Shown: positions 1 to 12,162 of the stretch, piece by piece
Layout: each line of letters begins with the position of its first letter
How positions within the stretch are numbered: position 1 is the first letter of the stretch
Assembly (NCBI RefSeq): GCF_006345805.1
Contig: NC_043005.1
Coordinates: 58,838,001-58,902,000, forward strand
Length of the DNA stretch: 64,000 nt
From: Octopus sinensis
Taxonomy: Eukaryota
Direction of reading: 5' to 3'
Position numbers and translations under genes: made by a program
The notes under the pieces: generated by a model
The model's database searches: none
What the model saw: only the letters and a program-made list of their open reading frames with translations
Told to the model about the DNA's origin: nothing

Positions 1-720
1 TGTAACTTTGTTTGAGTAGCCAAAGACATATGTGGCTGGAAATTGTCTTGTTGGAACACTATACCTTTCCTGCTGACAATCTCCAGTGTTAGTTCTTTGA
101 TTTTTTGGTTCAAATTAGCCAGTTGATGACAGAACACATCAGAATGGTCTGATTTTGTGGGAGAAGCCCATAATAAATAATACCTTTATGATCTCACCAA
201 ATGCAAAGCATGGATATTCGTCTTTGGTTGCTGTTTTGGGGGATCCTTCATAAACTCCAGGATCTTTTTTGCCCTGCGTTTTTGTACACAATCCATTTTG
301 TATCTCCAATCACAAGTTGCTTTAAAAAAGTTTGCTTTCATTGCATTTCAAAAGTATATCACAAACAGAATACTGGTCTGAGCAATTCTTTTCTAAGAGT
401 TTGTGAGGGATCCATACATTATAGCAGAAATGCATCCTAGCTTCACTAAGTGCTCATGAGCCATACTTTTTGAAACTTCTAACTCCTCTGCAAGTTCTCT
501 GGTCATGATATTTGAGTTCTCTTCGATTTTTCCTTCATCTAATTTTGAATGTCTTCCACTGTAACTGCCATCTCCCAAATTAAACTCTCCAGCTTTAGAT
601 TTTGCAAACCACCTTCAAACAGTTGATTCACCTACCACATCATCACCATAAACTTCCCAAATATTTTTGCAAGTCTTTGTGCAGAATTTTCTCCCATTTT
701 GAAAAAGAAAAGCATTATAA
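1..720 (-). mobile_element. Decayed mariner transposase, runs off the left window edge
   Basis: Minus strand with stops/frameshifts: VYGDDVVGESTV*RWFAKSKAGEFNLGD..SGR (HTH), WIPHKL (WVPHEL motif), VIGDTKWIVYKN (first catalytic D region), DHKGIIYYGLLP. Confidence 0.85.
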
Positions 721-1081
721 CGTGAATATGAAATTTTTGGTTATCCCTTTCAAATGTCAATAAAGGGTAACCAGAATGAGAAGATATATCTACTTTTAGT
801 CAAGAACAAAGAAGAGATGCACTACCTCTTCAAGCAATGCCAAAGTTTTGACTGTGTTATGTTACAGGTGTGTTCAATGAAGCATTAAAAGATTTAGCTT
901 AAAAATACTCAGAACTTTCTGGACAACCTAATATTTTATTCTGGTGGACCTCCAGAGCCATTTGATGCTTAGAAACTAATTTTATTGATACGTCTTTCAA
1001 AATTCGTATTTTGTTTTTTACACATTCTCCCATTTAGGTTTGCAATAGAATTCTGTGAGAGAACATGTTTTAGTGGATGGA

Positions 1082-1217
1082 AACATACTCTTTACTCTTT
1101 TTAATCTTTTACTTGTTTCAGTCATTTGACTGTGGCCATGCTGGAGCACCGCCTTTAGTTGAGCAAATCAGTTGTCAAGCGATGTTGGCGGGGACAAACA
1201 CAGACTCACAAACATAT

Positions 1218-1248
<31 letters not shown>

Positions 1249-1405
1249 CATATATATAACGGGCTTCTTTTCAGTTTCTGTCTACCAAATCTACTCACAA
1301 GGCTTTGGTCAGCCTGAGGCTATAGTAGAAGACACTTGCCCAAGGTGCCATGCAGTGGGACTGAACCCAGAACTATGTGGTTCATAAGCAAGCTACTTAC
1401 CACAC
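1082..1405 (-). mobile_element. Family-A tRNA-derived SINE with an internal deletion
   Basis: Matches the intact copy at 51273-51683 but lacks ~100 bp of the 3' half. Confidence 0.85.
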
Positions 1406-1861
1406 TCTGAGTGAACAATGCATCACTCATTCCAGGAATCGAAGCCACAATCTTATAATCATGGGTCCAACACCCTAAGCACTAAACCACATGCCTCCAC
1501 TGCTTCTATGTACCCACCCCCCAATCTTATATGGATAAATAATTCAGCCATACCCACACATGTGCTTGCACACACAAGCACACACATATGCATATATGTA
1601 AATATCAGATATATATTATTATGGACATTTGGACATATTTGAGATGTGTAAATTTCCATAAAACTGAACAGAATGTCGGTGGTTGATTGTGAGATAAGAA
1701 ACTTATGTAAGTATATGATTTATGATAGAATTTGACATGATGCCACCAACAAGACCTCTAACAGAAATCTTTTGCTTCATCTCTGTGTATGCATATGTGT
1801 ATGTGTGTGTCTGTGTGTGTGTGCATATGTGCATGTGTGTGTATGTAAATACACACACACA

Positions 1862-1923
<62 letters not shown>

Positions 1924-1949
1924 ACTATCTATGTATCTATCTATTTATC

Positions 1950-1980
<31 letters not shown>

Positions 1981-1994
1981 CCATTTATCTATCG

Positions 1995-2073
<79 letters not shown>

Positions 2074-2095
2074 TATATATGTACATATATATATG
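1862..2095. repeat. (TATC)n followed by (TA)n microsatellite
   Basis: Directly visible. Confidence 0.95.
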
Positions 2096-2461
2096 TACAC
2101 TGTATTAAGCTAAAAGCTACTAATAGTCTCTTGTTATTAAGACATGAGGTTAGGCAGGTTTTTATAATGTGCTTTGTGTCTCCAGGCTATCTTCAAGCTC
2201 TGACCTCATGCTTTGTTATATTTGAAAATCAGTACAATGGTACATGAGAAACAATGAGAAAAACTTGAAGTTTGATGCAGAAAGTAAAATGAGAAGATAA
2301 AGGGTGAATAAAAACGGAAAAAAGAAAGGAAATTAGAATTAAAATCTCCTTTGACTGCAGAAATCATAATTAAACTAGTTGTTATAGAATAACTCAGTGG
2401 AGAGGGGTCCAAAGTTTTGAGACAGTCACTTAATTTCGGGAGGTGGTGTCCTCCACTTCAC

Positions 2462-3220
2462 CTAAAGGAATTTGTCCATATGCTTGCATTTGCTGAAAAT
2501 TTCAGATTTGAAATTAAGAAGTGTTGTGGAATTTTTGGATCTAAAAAGAATATGCAATTTTTCAATGATGCATAAGTTGCATATGTTAGATCCATTTATA
2601 TGTTGCTTGGATTTCTCCATGATTCTTCACTTGATAGTGTATGTTGTGTCTAGTTGGTCTCCAAACCCCATAAATGACAAGCTAACTTAATGAATTTACT
2701 TTTTGTTTATGTGCTGAAAATAAAATTGGTGGTTTGCAAAATAGCTTTTAATATTGCTTTCACATTAACCAATATAATTTTTCCTTTCAGTTATGTTCTC
2801 TTGAAGCATTGTTGTAATTTCTACCTCATATATGACAGAGTTATCATCATACATGCTTGGTCAAGTGGGCAAACTTCAGAGTCTCAATTGTTGCAAATGG
2901 GAGTAGGCTCTTCATGAAGTTTACAAGTGATATGAGGCAGAAGTCACAGCAACGTTTCAAGATTATGTAGCCAAAACAAAAAGTACATCAGTGTATGTGA
3001 AAGCAATTTTAAAAAATGTTATACAAACCACCAGTCTTCTTTCTGGCTCATCAACAAAAGTAAAGCCCCTAAGTTGGCAAGCCACGTTCGAAGCATCCTC
3101 TAGGCAGACTGATGGATGCGTGCATTTTGAAATACTTATCTTCTCTTCAGCATCAGACACTGGAAGGGGAAGACATAACAGACTGACCTTAAATAATTTT
3201 CTCTTATATTCCAGCAATCA
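2462..3220 (-). mobile_element. Decayed Penelope-like element 3' end with C-terminal GIY-YIG endonuclease (Nematis-like, tentative)
   Basis: Across frameshifts: CNN*DSEVCPLDQAC, SVIYEVEIT..RKNYIG*CESNIKSYFANH, then IK*RIMEKSKQHINGSNICNLCIIEKLHILFRSKNSTTLLNFKSEIFSKCKHMDKFL* (stop 2462-2464). Confidence 0.8.
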
Positions 3221-3974
3221 TTCCGTGAGTGGTTGCTCTATTTGGCAGGTCTGCTATAATGAAATGCAAAATTGAAGTACTGAGCAGTGTTGCACTGGCA
3301 TATTTGATCCAATTAAAATGCCATTCCATGTACTATTTCAAGGAGAAAATTTATTGTTGTAGGTGTAAACACACGAAGTCAATTTTATACACACACACAC
3401 ACATGCACACATACACACATGCACACACAATTACACTACCAATTTTGTGGTTATTGATGATCTTGTGCCACTGAACATGATTATGTAATGTTACTTAAAC
3501 TTCCTTCAATGATTAAATATTAATTCTTTTCATTTCCGAGTCTTTATGACACACATTTGTTTATTCATCAGTAACATAAGCAGGAAGTGAGAAATACTTT
3601 CCTTACAACTGACTATAATCACCTGAAGATGCAAATATTTAAAATTAATTCTAACCCAATATTCTAAACTCCTAAGGATTGACTCTCTCTCTGTCTGTCT
3701 GTCTGTCTGTCTCTCTTTCTTTCTCTTTTTTCTCTCTCTCTCTGTAAAGAGCAAGTTGATAGATAACTTACTTTTACAGCAGAGAATACTTTGCCTCAGC
3801 AAGGAAGAAGAAAACATCAATAAATATTTTTCACAGTTACATTTCCAGAGTAGGTTTCTAGTGGGGGAATTAGATTTTGTTTTAGATATTTTCATCTTCA
3901 TAATCCTTTCTGTTATAGGCACAAGGCCCGAAACTTTTGGGGCATTAGGCCAGCCAATTACACTGACTTTAGTT

Positions 3975-4205
3975 ATCATATCTATTTTGTTATCATATCT
4001 ATTTTGAGATGCTCTGTGTTTCATTCAATTAATTTTAAATATAACAAAGAATTTAGTAAAATAACTTAGTTCTTATTAAGTTAGTGTTGGAAACATAAAT
4101 TGTGACTAAGGCTTGGTAGAAGATTTTAATTCAATACTTATGAAAGCAAAACAGTTGTACTACAGAGCCAGAGGCAGTTTTGGCCCTGTTGGTATCAAAA
4201 AGATT
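3975..4205 (-). mobile_element. piggyBac-like MITE, same family as 26508-27043
   Basis: Reverse complement matches the interior of the TTAA-flanked element at 26508-27043. Confidence 0.6.
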
Positions 4206-5269
4206 AACTGGTGCTTATTTCATCAACCCTGAAAAGATGAACGACAAAGTTGACCTCAGTGGCATTCGAACTCAGAATGTACCGACAGAAGAAATACTAC
4301 AAAGCTTTTAGTCTGGCGTGCTAGTGATTCTGCCAGCATGACACCTTTATTTGCACCTTCATAATATTATAGTTGGAAGGTTGGAAGAATGTTTCCAATA
4401 TTTGTAGTGAATACATCAAGGTGTGCAAGGTGTGTCATGAAGGTTCATTATCAAAAATGCCATTAATAACATAGTGACACTCTGCTAGAAATTTGTCCAG
4501 AATTATTTTTACAGGCGTTCTGTAAATCTGGTAACAGCATGGAACCAAGTGTGTGAGAAAATTGGTGTGTACTACTAAGTATATTAGTATAATAAGTAAA
4601 TAGCATTTGAATAAATAGAACTGTGAGCTAAACTTTGAGCTGTGTATTTTTAGTGAACACATAATTTTAACATTACTGTAAACATAAATGGTGTGGCTAG
4701 ACTAATGTATTTCATTTTGTGACCAGGATAAAAGCAGTGGATTGGACAAGTTTCAGTGTATCACATGACCTTGTCAGTGGTTACTAACTTACCTTATTAT
4801 TTAAATTTTACTAATGTTTGCATTACCGTTATGAAAATTAAGACAAAAGAATTTAATCCTGTCTATTTTGTGTATTCTATAAACAGCTATTTGTTAATAG
4901 TCTGTCTCTGGTTGGGCAAGTTAGTAATATATTTTGTGACCTGATGGCAAAAAGCATTGATACTACTACTCATGTTGATCTCTGTTTTCTAGCTTGATTT
5001 AGAATGGGGATGACTGAATTGGACATACTGCTGATAGACTGCATATTTATTAGTGGGTAGGGAGGCTTTATACTTTAAATCTGCTTGAGTCATGATAAGT
5101 TATCCTCTTGTTCTTAGCATCCTGCGGTAACCTCCCCAGCTTTCTTCTGTATTTCAGTCTGTGGAATATTATGTAAATCTTTATAGACATAGAAGACAGA
5201 TGGGAGTTCTGAGCATACCTAGTCTGTACTTACTTGTAGTTGTACTTGTGATGGTGTTGAGCTGGATTC

Positions 5270-5750
5270 TTCTCTGGTCCTGACGGCATCACGAACCATG
5301 GCAACCCATGCTCAACGGTCCTGTGCCAGGTCACTGGAGATAGCGAGCCATTCGTGGGTCCATCTGTGCAGACTGACCACCTGTGGACCTGAGAGTTCGG
5401 AGAGGTCCTCCTTTATTGTCATTTCCCAGGTCTTCAGTTGCCCACCCGTGCATTTGCACTAGTTGGGAAGTGGAGGTGGGAGGAGGACATCGCGAATCAG
5501 CTCACCCTCTGGACACCAGGCCACATGACCTAACCACCTTAAGCGCCATTGTAGAAGCACCAGAGGGAGGGGCCAGAGATTCAGGCGATGATGATGACCA
5601 GCTGTAGCAACCCGATCAATGCGTCGGCAGTGAAGAATGCGGCGGAGACAGTCATTGCCAAACACCTCCAGCCTTCGCTGATCGACTACCCTCATAGGCC
5701 ATGTTTCACAACCATAGAGGAGGATAGTATGAACGACGGCCTGGTCTGTG
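5270..5750 (-). mobile_element. Decayed RTE-clade LINE C-terminal fragment
   Basis: RRLEVFGNDCLRRIL..QWRLRWLGHVAW..GQLKTWEMTIKEDL..LAQDR*AW, typical RTE post-RT region. Confidence 0.8.
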
Positions 5751-6464
5751 ATACCGGTTTATATTCTTCTTTATTGTTGTTGTTATTTCATCTCAATTTA
5801 GTTTTGATTAAGCAAACCTATGATGAAATCTATTCTAGCCATGAGCTACTTACTCACTCCACCAAGGAATTAAACTAAAAGTTTACATACATGTGAACCT
5901 TTAATTTAATTCCCTGGCAGAATCATCAGCATGACACAACAAATGATAAAGCTCTACCTTTGAATCACAGGTGCAATCCAGTGAAGGGGCCACCACACAG
6001 TTTTAGACTACACAGTTTCACTTACAAAGCTATGGTATTAGAAGACACTCCTTCAATATGCTCTACCATGGGATCAGGTCAGAGACTTCATGGTTATGAA
6101 ATAGACCCTTCAAGCACTCAGCTATATCATATTCACATTAGCAAAATATCAAACATCTTGTATCTAGAGCTATATTAGATAATGTATCCATCACTTAGTA
6201 GAGTGTGAATTGCAGAAAATTTGGCTGCTACTTCTGCTTGGTCAAGTATTCATTTTAAAGGCATTTTCTCATTAGCTCTTAGCATTCTTGATGCTGGTGC
6301 CATGTAAAAATTACACAGTGCACTTTGTTAAGTGTTCGGTGTTAGAAAGGGCATCCAGATGCAGAAATCATACCAATGCAAACATAGAAACTGGCAGAGC
6401 CTTCTGGCTTGTCTGTTCTTGTCGAACCATCACACACATGCTGGCATGGAAAAAGAGATATTAA

Positions 6465-6796
6465 ATGATGATGATGATGCAGCTGATGATGATGATGATA
6501 GCAACAACAATGATGATGACGACAAAGAAGAAGAAGAAGAAGAAGAAGAAAAGGAAGAAGAAAAAGAAGAAGAAAAGGAAGAAGAAGAAAACGAAGAAGA
6601 AAAAGAAGAAGAGAAGGAAGAAGAAGAAGAAGAAGGAGGAGGAGGAGGAGAAGGATGATGATGATAATGATGATGATGATGATACGATACCAGAACTCTT
6701 CAGGTGCAGAAAATCCTGGTTCACAATGGTAAAACTATTATATGGGGTTGATGAAGAGTTGAATTTAATCTGAATAAGAAGACAAAGAATAAGTCG

Positions 6797-6827
<31 letters not shown>

Positions 6828-6830
6828 CTG
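6465..6830. repeat. (GAT)n/(GAA)n/(GGA)n compound microsatellite
   Basis: Directly visible; source of the poly-E/K/F ORFs. Confidence 0.95.
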
Positions 6831-6980
6831 TCACATTAATTCCAGTCTGTGTTGTAGTTTGGAAAAGTCTGAATGTGAATTGCTGAAGTGTTCATTTCTG
6901 TGATAAATTTAACATCATGTAAAATTCCAACACAGATTTGGTTACGTAAAAAGTTTTTAAGAGTATGTGTGATGCATGTC

Positions 6981-7041
<61 letters not shown>

Positions 7042-7112
7042 TGTGGTGTGTGTGTGTGTGCATACATATACACAGAACTAAATGAATGATTTTTTGCTTT
7101 CTTTCTCTTTAG

Positions 7113-7198
7113 GTTCCAGTTGTGCATTTACTGTAATCCCACTCAGTATTGAAATCCCAAGCAACAAATCAGCAACAGTGAAAATTATTTTCACTCCT
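7113..7198 (+). CDS. CFAP65: Internal coding exon of a CFAP65/CCDC108-like gene: (G)SSCAFTVIPLSIEIPSNKSATVKIIFTP
   Basis: Polypyrimidine tract + AG at 7111-7112, donor GTAAGT at 7199. Ends in phase 0 and joins 25469 in frame. Resembles recalled human CFAP65 SDCPFWVTPESCDVPPLKSMAMRLHFQP. Confidence 0.8.
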
Positions 7199-7393
7199 GT
7201 AAGTAAAAACATGTTAATTCGATTGACTAGATTGTTTGAGGTATTTTCATTTATGCATGGAAAGTAGAGGGTTGATAAAACTCACTACACAGTGCAATTT
7301 GTAGGGAACAAATTAATTGGCATGCACTAATTGTGAGCAGAGAAATTTGGAAGAAGTCAAGCTGTGAAAGAAGCAAAGTTTTTTTTTTTTAAA

Positions 7394-7792
7394 CTAGCAG
7401 TATAGCCCAGCGTTGCTTGGGCTTGTTTTCTTTTCAACCCTTTAGAATTGGAATTTTTGAAAAGTAAAAATTTTGCATTATGTAGCTTGTTATTCTCTTT
7501 AAGTGAGCATTTTTCTGGTTGAAATACACCGTAAAATGGTGACACAGTAGTCAAAAAATCGTAAAAAATAGGGATTTTCATTGAAAAAAAAGTACCTTTT
7601 TGATGTAAATAATTTTTGGTGTTAACATGGTCCGATTTGAATTTTTTCTTCTACGGAAGGAAGAGCAAGCCTTCTTCTATCATACTCTCAATTTTGGTCA
7701 ACTTGTGCTGCAGGGTCTCGGAGGAGATGGTGTTAGTTGAAGGCTACCAAACCTGCCATACACAGACAACTTCAGCTTTATATATAGAGAGA
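7394..7792 (-). mobile_element. Non-autonomous Helitron-like element
   Basis: On the minus strand it starts A|TCTCTCTATATATAAAG and ends with a GC hairpin (cccaagcaacgctggg) then CTAG|T. Second copy at 46143-46495. Confidence 0.75.
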
Positions 7793-8070
7793 TAAAGCCT
7801 TAATTACTGAGATGTACAATATAGGTGCAGGCAACAAGAGGATATCTATGAGTGTGGTGTAGGACCATATGATGTGCTAGAAACGGCAGCCAAATCCGCC
7901 TCGAGTCAAATCGTTGCTGTCATAGAGAGAGAAGAACACACTTGGATGTTGTAGTCCTTGTGTTGGTAACGGTGGTGGTGGTGGCGTGACCTGCAGTTAA
8001 ACAACAATGTCGTGAGCAACAACAGCAACAGCAACAACAATAACAGCAACTCCTCCTCCTCCTTCTCCTT

Positions 8071-8128
<58 letters not shown>

Positions 8129-8365
8129 AGTATAGCAAGGTTAGATGAGCTGTAATATTCAAATCAGGCAATAAACCATTGCCATGTTCATGGTCACTGT
8201 TAATTTGTGGTTATAGAATTTTAATATATATTGATTTCTAACATTGGCACAAGGTTGGAAATATTGGTGGCCAGTCATGTCTGTTCTGTTCTGTTCTGTC
8301 CTGCTGCCTGGTCAGTTAAGATTTTTTCCCCATTTTCCTTGCACTAGCTTACCACACTCATACAA

Positions 8366-9161
8366 GGTTTTTCATAAAAGCTTCAAGTTAAAAGTAATAG
8401 AATTTAGTACATAAAACTGTGACTGTCCAGTCCACAGGTCATTCACCAGTCTCAAAGATGCTGTCATATAGCTTAGTGATATCTTTATCATCTCATTATT
8501 TGTTAGCATTACATCAACAGGAAGGTTGTTGACACCTACTGCTTTGCTGCTAAGAAGATGTTTCTCTCATGTTGGCTTCCAGAATTTCTGGTAAGCAGCA
8601 TGACATGTTACTGTCACTATTCAACTCATTACCAGACTAGGCACCCTAGCAGAGACACTCATCATATTTCTTCTATATCTTCAGGGTGTCTTTCATTCTT
8701 GTCAGGACTTGGCCCTCCTCAGCCTTGATGTTGCATTGGTAAAATTATTCTTTTACTATTTTACTTGTTTCAGTCATTTGACTGTGACCATGTTGGAGCA
8801 CCACCTTTAGTCAAATCAAATCAACCCCAGGACTTATTCTTTATAAGCCTAGTACTTATTCTGAACCGCTAGGTTACGGGGACGTAAACATACCAGCATC
8901 GGTTGTCAAGTGATGTTGGGGGGACAAACACAGATACACAAACATACACACACACACACACACATAAATATAATATATATATATATACACATATATATGA
9001 CGGGCTTCTTTCAGTTTCCGTCTACCAAATCCACTCACAAGGCTTTGGTTAGCCTGAGGCTATAGTAGAAGACACTTGCCCAAGGTGTCACACAGTGGGA
9101 CTGAACCCAGAACCATGTGGTTGGTAAGCAAGCTACTTACCACACAGCCACTCCTATGCCT
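8366..9161 (-). repeat. Left arm of inverted duplication (decayed LINE RT fragment + family-A SINE 8750-9161)
   Basis: Reverse complement aligns along 9487-10270. Confidence 0.9.
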
Positions 9162-9486
9162 ATGATATAATAGCTTTTCTTTCTCATGTGCTGCAGCCAT
9201 ACAGTTCTTTGGATCCCTGATGTAGCTTTGAATTCCTGAGTATGTTCGCCTGTAAATAGATCGGAGGGTCTCAATCAGGGCTCTTTGTTTTCCTTCGGAG
9301 GAGAATGAGTAGACATACAAAGAGACTCCCATAGTAGTACGTAGAAAACCAAACCAGGTTAAGACAAAGCCACATGGTGGGAAAGATAATGAAGAGAGGC
9401 AGAAAAAAAGGCCTTCAACATAGCTTCAGTGTCATAACAGAAAAGTAAAAATTAGAAGAATTTGCCATTTTACAAAAGCAACGTCA

Positions 9487-10270
9487 AGGCGTAGGAGTCG
9501 CTGTGTGGTAAGTAGCTTGTTTATGAACCACATGGTTCCGGGTTTGGTCCTACTGCGTGGCACCTCGGGAAAATATCTTCTACTATAGCCTCGGGCTGAC
9601 CAAAGCCTTGTGAGTGGATTTGGTAGATGGAAACTGAAAGAAGCCCGTCATATATATGTTTATATATATGTGTGTGTATATGTTGTGTATCTGTGTTTAT
9701 CCCCCTAACATCACTTGACAACTGATGCTGGTGTGTTTATGTCCTCGTAACTTAGTAGTTTGGCAAAAGAGGCCGATAGAATAAGTACTAGGCTTACAAA
9801 GAATAAGTCCTTGGGTCGATTTGATTTGACTAAAGGTGTTGCTCCCACATGGCCACAGTCAAATGACTGAAACAAGTAAAAGAATAAAAGAATAAAAGAA
9901 TAATTTTACCAATGCAACATCAAGGCTGAGGAGGGCCAAGTCCTGACAGGAATGAAAGACAACCTGAAGATGTAGAAGAAATATGATGAGGGTCCTTAGT
10001 CTGGTAATGAGTTGAATAGTGACAGTAACATGTAACACTGCTTACCAGAAATTCTGGAAGCCAACATGAGAGCAACATCTTCCCAGCAGCAAAGCAGTAG
10101 GTGTCAACAACCTTCCTGTTGATGTAATGCTAACAAATAATGAGATGATAAAGATTTCTCTAAGCTATATGACAACATCTTTGAGACTGGTGAATGACCT
10201 GTGGACTGGACACTCACAGTTTTATGTACTAAATTCTATTACTTTTAATTTAAAGCTTTTATGAAAGACT
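9487..10270 (+). repeat. Right arm of inverted duplication (family-A SINE 9487-9900 + decayed RTE-like RT fragment)
   Basis: Non-SINE part translates as KAVGVNNLPVDVML..KLYDNIFETGE*PVDWTLTV, the pre-RT KAxGxDxIP..TGxWPxDW motif of RTE LINEs. Confidence 0.85.
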
Positions 10271-10417
10271 TTGATGGAAATTTTGAAAATGAAATTACAA
10301 TGCCATGTACAGAACTCATACATTTAAGCAATACATAGTTTTAGTATTTAAATACTGCAATAAAAATTTGACTGTGAGTAACTTATGATGATTGTTAATC
10401 CGTTACTGTAGATATCT

Positions 10418-10649
10418 GGGGGAGTGGCTGTGTGGTAAGTAGCTTGCTTACCAACCACATGGTTTGACTAAAGGTGGCCACAGTCAAATAACTGAAACAA
10501 GTGAAAGAATAAAAGTATAATTTGACCAATGTTCAGTCCCACTATGTGGAACCTTGGGCAAGTGTCTTCTACTATAGCCTCAGGCCAACCAAAGCCTTGT
10601 GAATGGATTTGGTAGACGGAAACTGAAAGAAGCCCGTCATATATATGTT

Positions 10650-10690
<41 letters not shown>

Positions 10691-10920
10691 GTGTGTGTAT
10701 GTTTGTGTGTCTGTGTTTGTCCCCCTAACATCACTTGACAACTGATCATGGTGTGTTTATGTCCCAGTAACTTAGTGGTTCAGCAAAAGAGACCGATAGA
10801 ATAAGTACTAGGCATCCAAAAGAATAAGTCCTGGGGTCTATTTGCTCGACTAAAGGTGTTGCTCCAGCATGGCCACAGTCAAATGACTGAAACAAGTAAA
10901 AGAGCAAAGAGTAAAGAGTA
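10418..10920 (+). mobile_element. Family-A SINE with a short piece of its own 3' end inside the head
   Basis: Head, central (TA)n and tail all present; extra segment at ~10464-10530. Confidence 0.85.
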
Positions 10921-11919
10921 TCTAATAACTGTTGCTTCATTTGATACAAACTACATTATTCTGTCTTGCCTTGCTTTGCTTTGCTTATTACTTAGGCATC
11001 AGTTACGAGTTTGCTGTATTCTGGATGAATGACTTTAAAAAGACGTTGATAGTCTTCAGTTTTACAGGAAATGTTGATTCACTCAGATAATGTTGTTCAG
11101 GAAATCGTTCATGTTGAGCTTCATAGAAACAGGCAAAGAAGTAAACAAACATTGGCACAAACATGGCAGTGTGGTTATGAAGTTTTCTTTGCAACAGCAT
11201 GGTTTTATGTTCAGTCCCACTCCAGGGTACCTTGGATGAGTGAGTTTTATTATAGCTCTGAGTTGATCAGTGCCTCGAATGTGAATGTGTGTGTGTGTAT
11301 GTGTGTAATTAATATGTCGTTATATTTGTGATTGTCTCTCTCTCAGTGTTAGGTGACTAGTGTTGGTTTATTTATGTCCCTGTAACTCAGTGCTTCAAGC
11401 AGAAATGAAACTGATAGAATAAGCACCAGACTTAAAAATGAAGAAATATAAGTACTGGGTTTGATAAGATTAACTGAACTTTTCAAAGAGATGCTTCCAT
11501 ATGTTCAGAGTCTGATAAATGAAACCATTAAAAGCATAAATGAAAATAAAACTTAAAATACAATTTTACTCAATACTTTTTAGTTTTTCCAAGAAAAAAA
11601 GAGCAAAACTTTTCTTTACTTTCAAAATACTGTACTAATTAACAAAGTTACTCTAAATAAATTATTTTGCTAATCAGTAATTTTTTTCCAATGCTTATTT
11701 CAGTGTTTTGAAAGATACAATATTCATAGCTTATCTACAAGTAAATGAAATATCAGAAAAAATAATATAGCTAATGAACTTCTTGAAAAATGCACCCGCT
11801 GCAATATTTCAGCTACCCTGGGGTAACATTCTGGTTTACAACTTGGATATGCAAACCTTCACTTATATCTTTTGTTCCTCATTTTGGCACAAGGCCATAA
11901 ATTCTGAGAGGAGAGGGTT

Positions 11920-12162
11920 ACTTGATACCTATTTCTTTACTACCCACAAGGGGCTAAACACAGAGGGGACAAACAAGGACAGACACACGGATTAAGTCAA
12001 TTACATCGACCCCAGTGCATAACTGGTACTTAATTTACCAACCCCGAAAGGATGAAAGGCAAAGTCAACCTCGGCGGAATTTGAACTCAGAACGTAGTGG
12101 CAGACGAAATGCCGCTAAGCATTTCGCCTGGCGTGCTAATGTTTCTGCCAGCTCGCCGCCTT
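11920..12162 (-). mobile_element. Family-B tRNA-derived SINE (ggcgagctggcagaa...ctttgcctttcatcctttcggggtcgataaa)
   Basis: Reverse complement of 56936-57175. More decayed copies at ~4200-4345, 12170-12560, 22080-22520, 31000-31790, 35215-35420, 35840-36040, 36640-36850. Confidence 0.8.

Noticed and set aside
2884-2886. In-frame TGA at a Cys-like position of the PLE (possible selenocysteine as in some Naiads)
   Set aside because: The same copy has several other stops and frameshifts, including TGA for Trp, and no SECIS was seen; simple decay explains it.
3779-3850. AG..GT-bounded open segment as a candidate CFAP65 exon
   Set aside because: No frame resembles the expected upstream CFAP65 sequence.
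6332-6773. Poly-Glu/Lys ORFs resembling the acidic C-terminal tract of CFAP65
   Set aside because: (GAA)n microsatellite after a repeat tail, upstream of the mid-protein exons, with no splice sites.
6888-6947. FISVINLTSCKIPTQIWL, faintly like CFAP65 LCLMNHTKGKIMVVW
   Set aside because: Stops immediately upstream and no credible acceptor.
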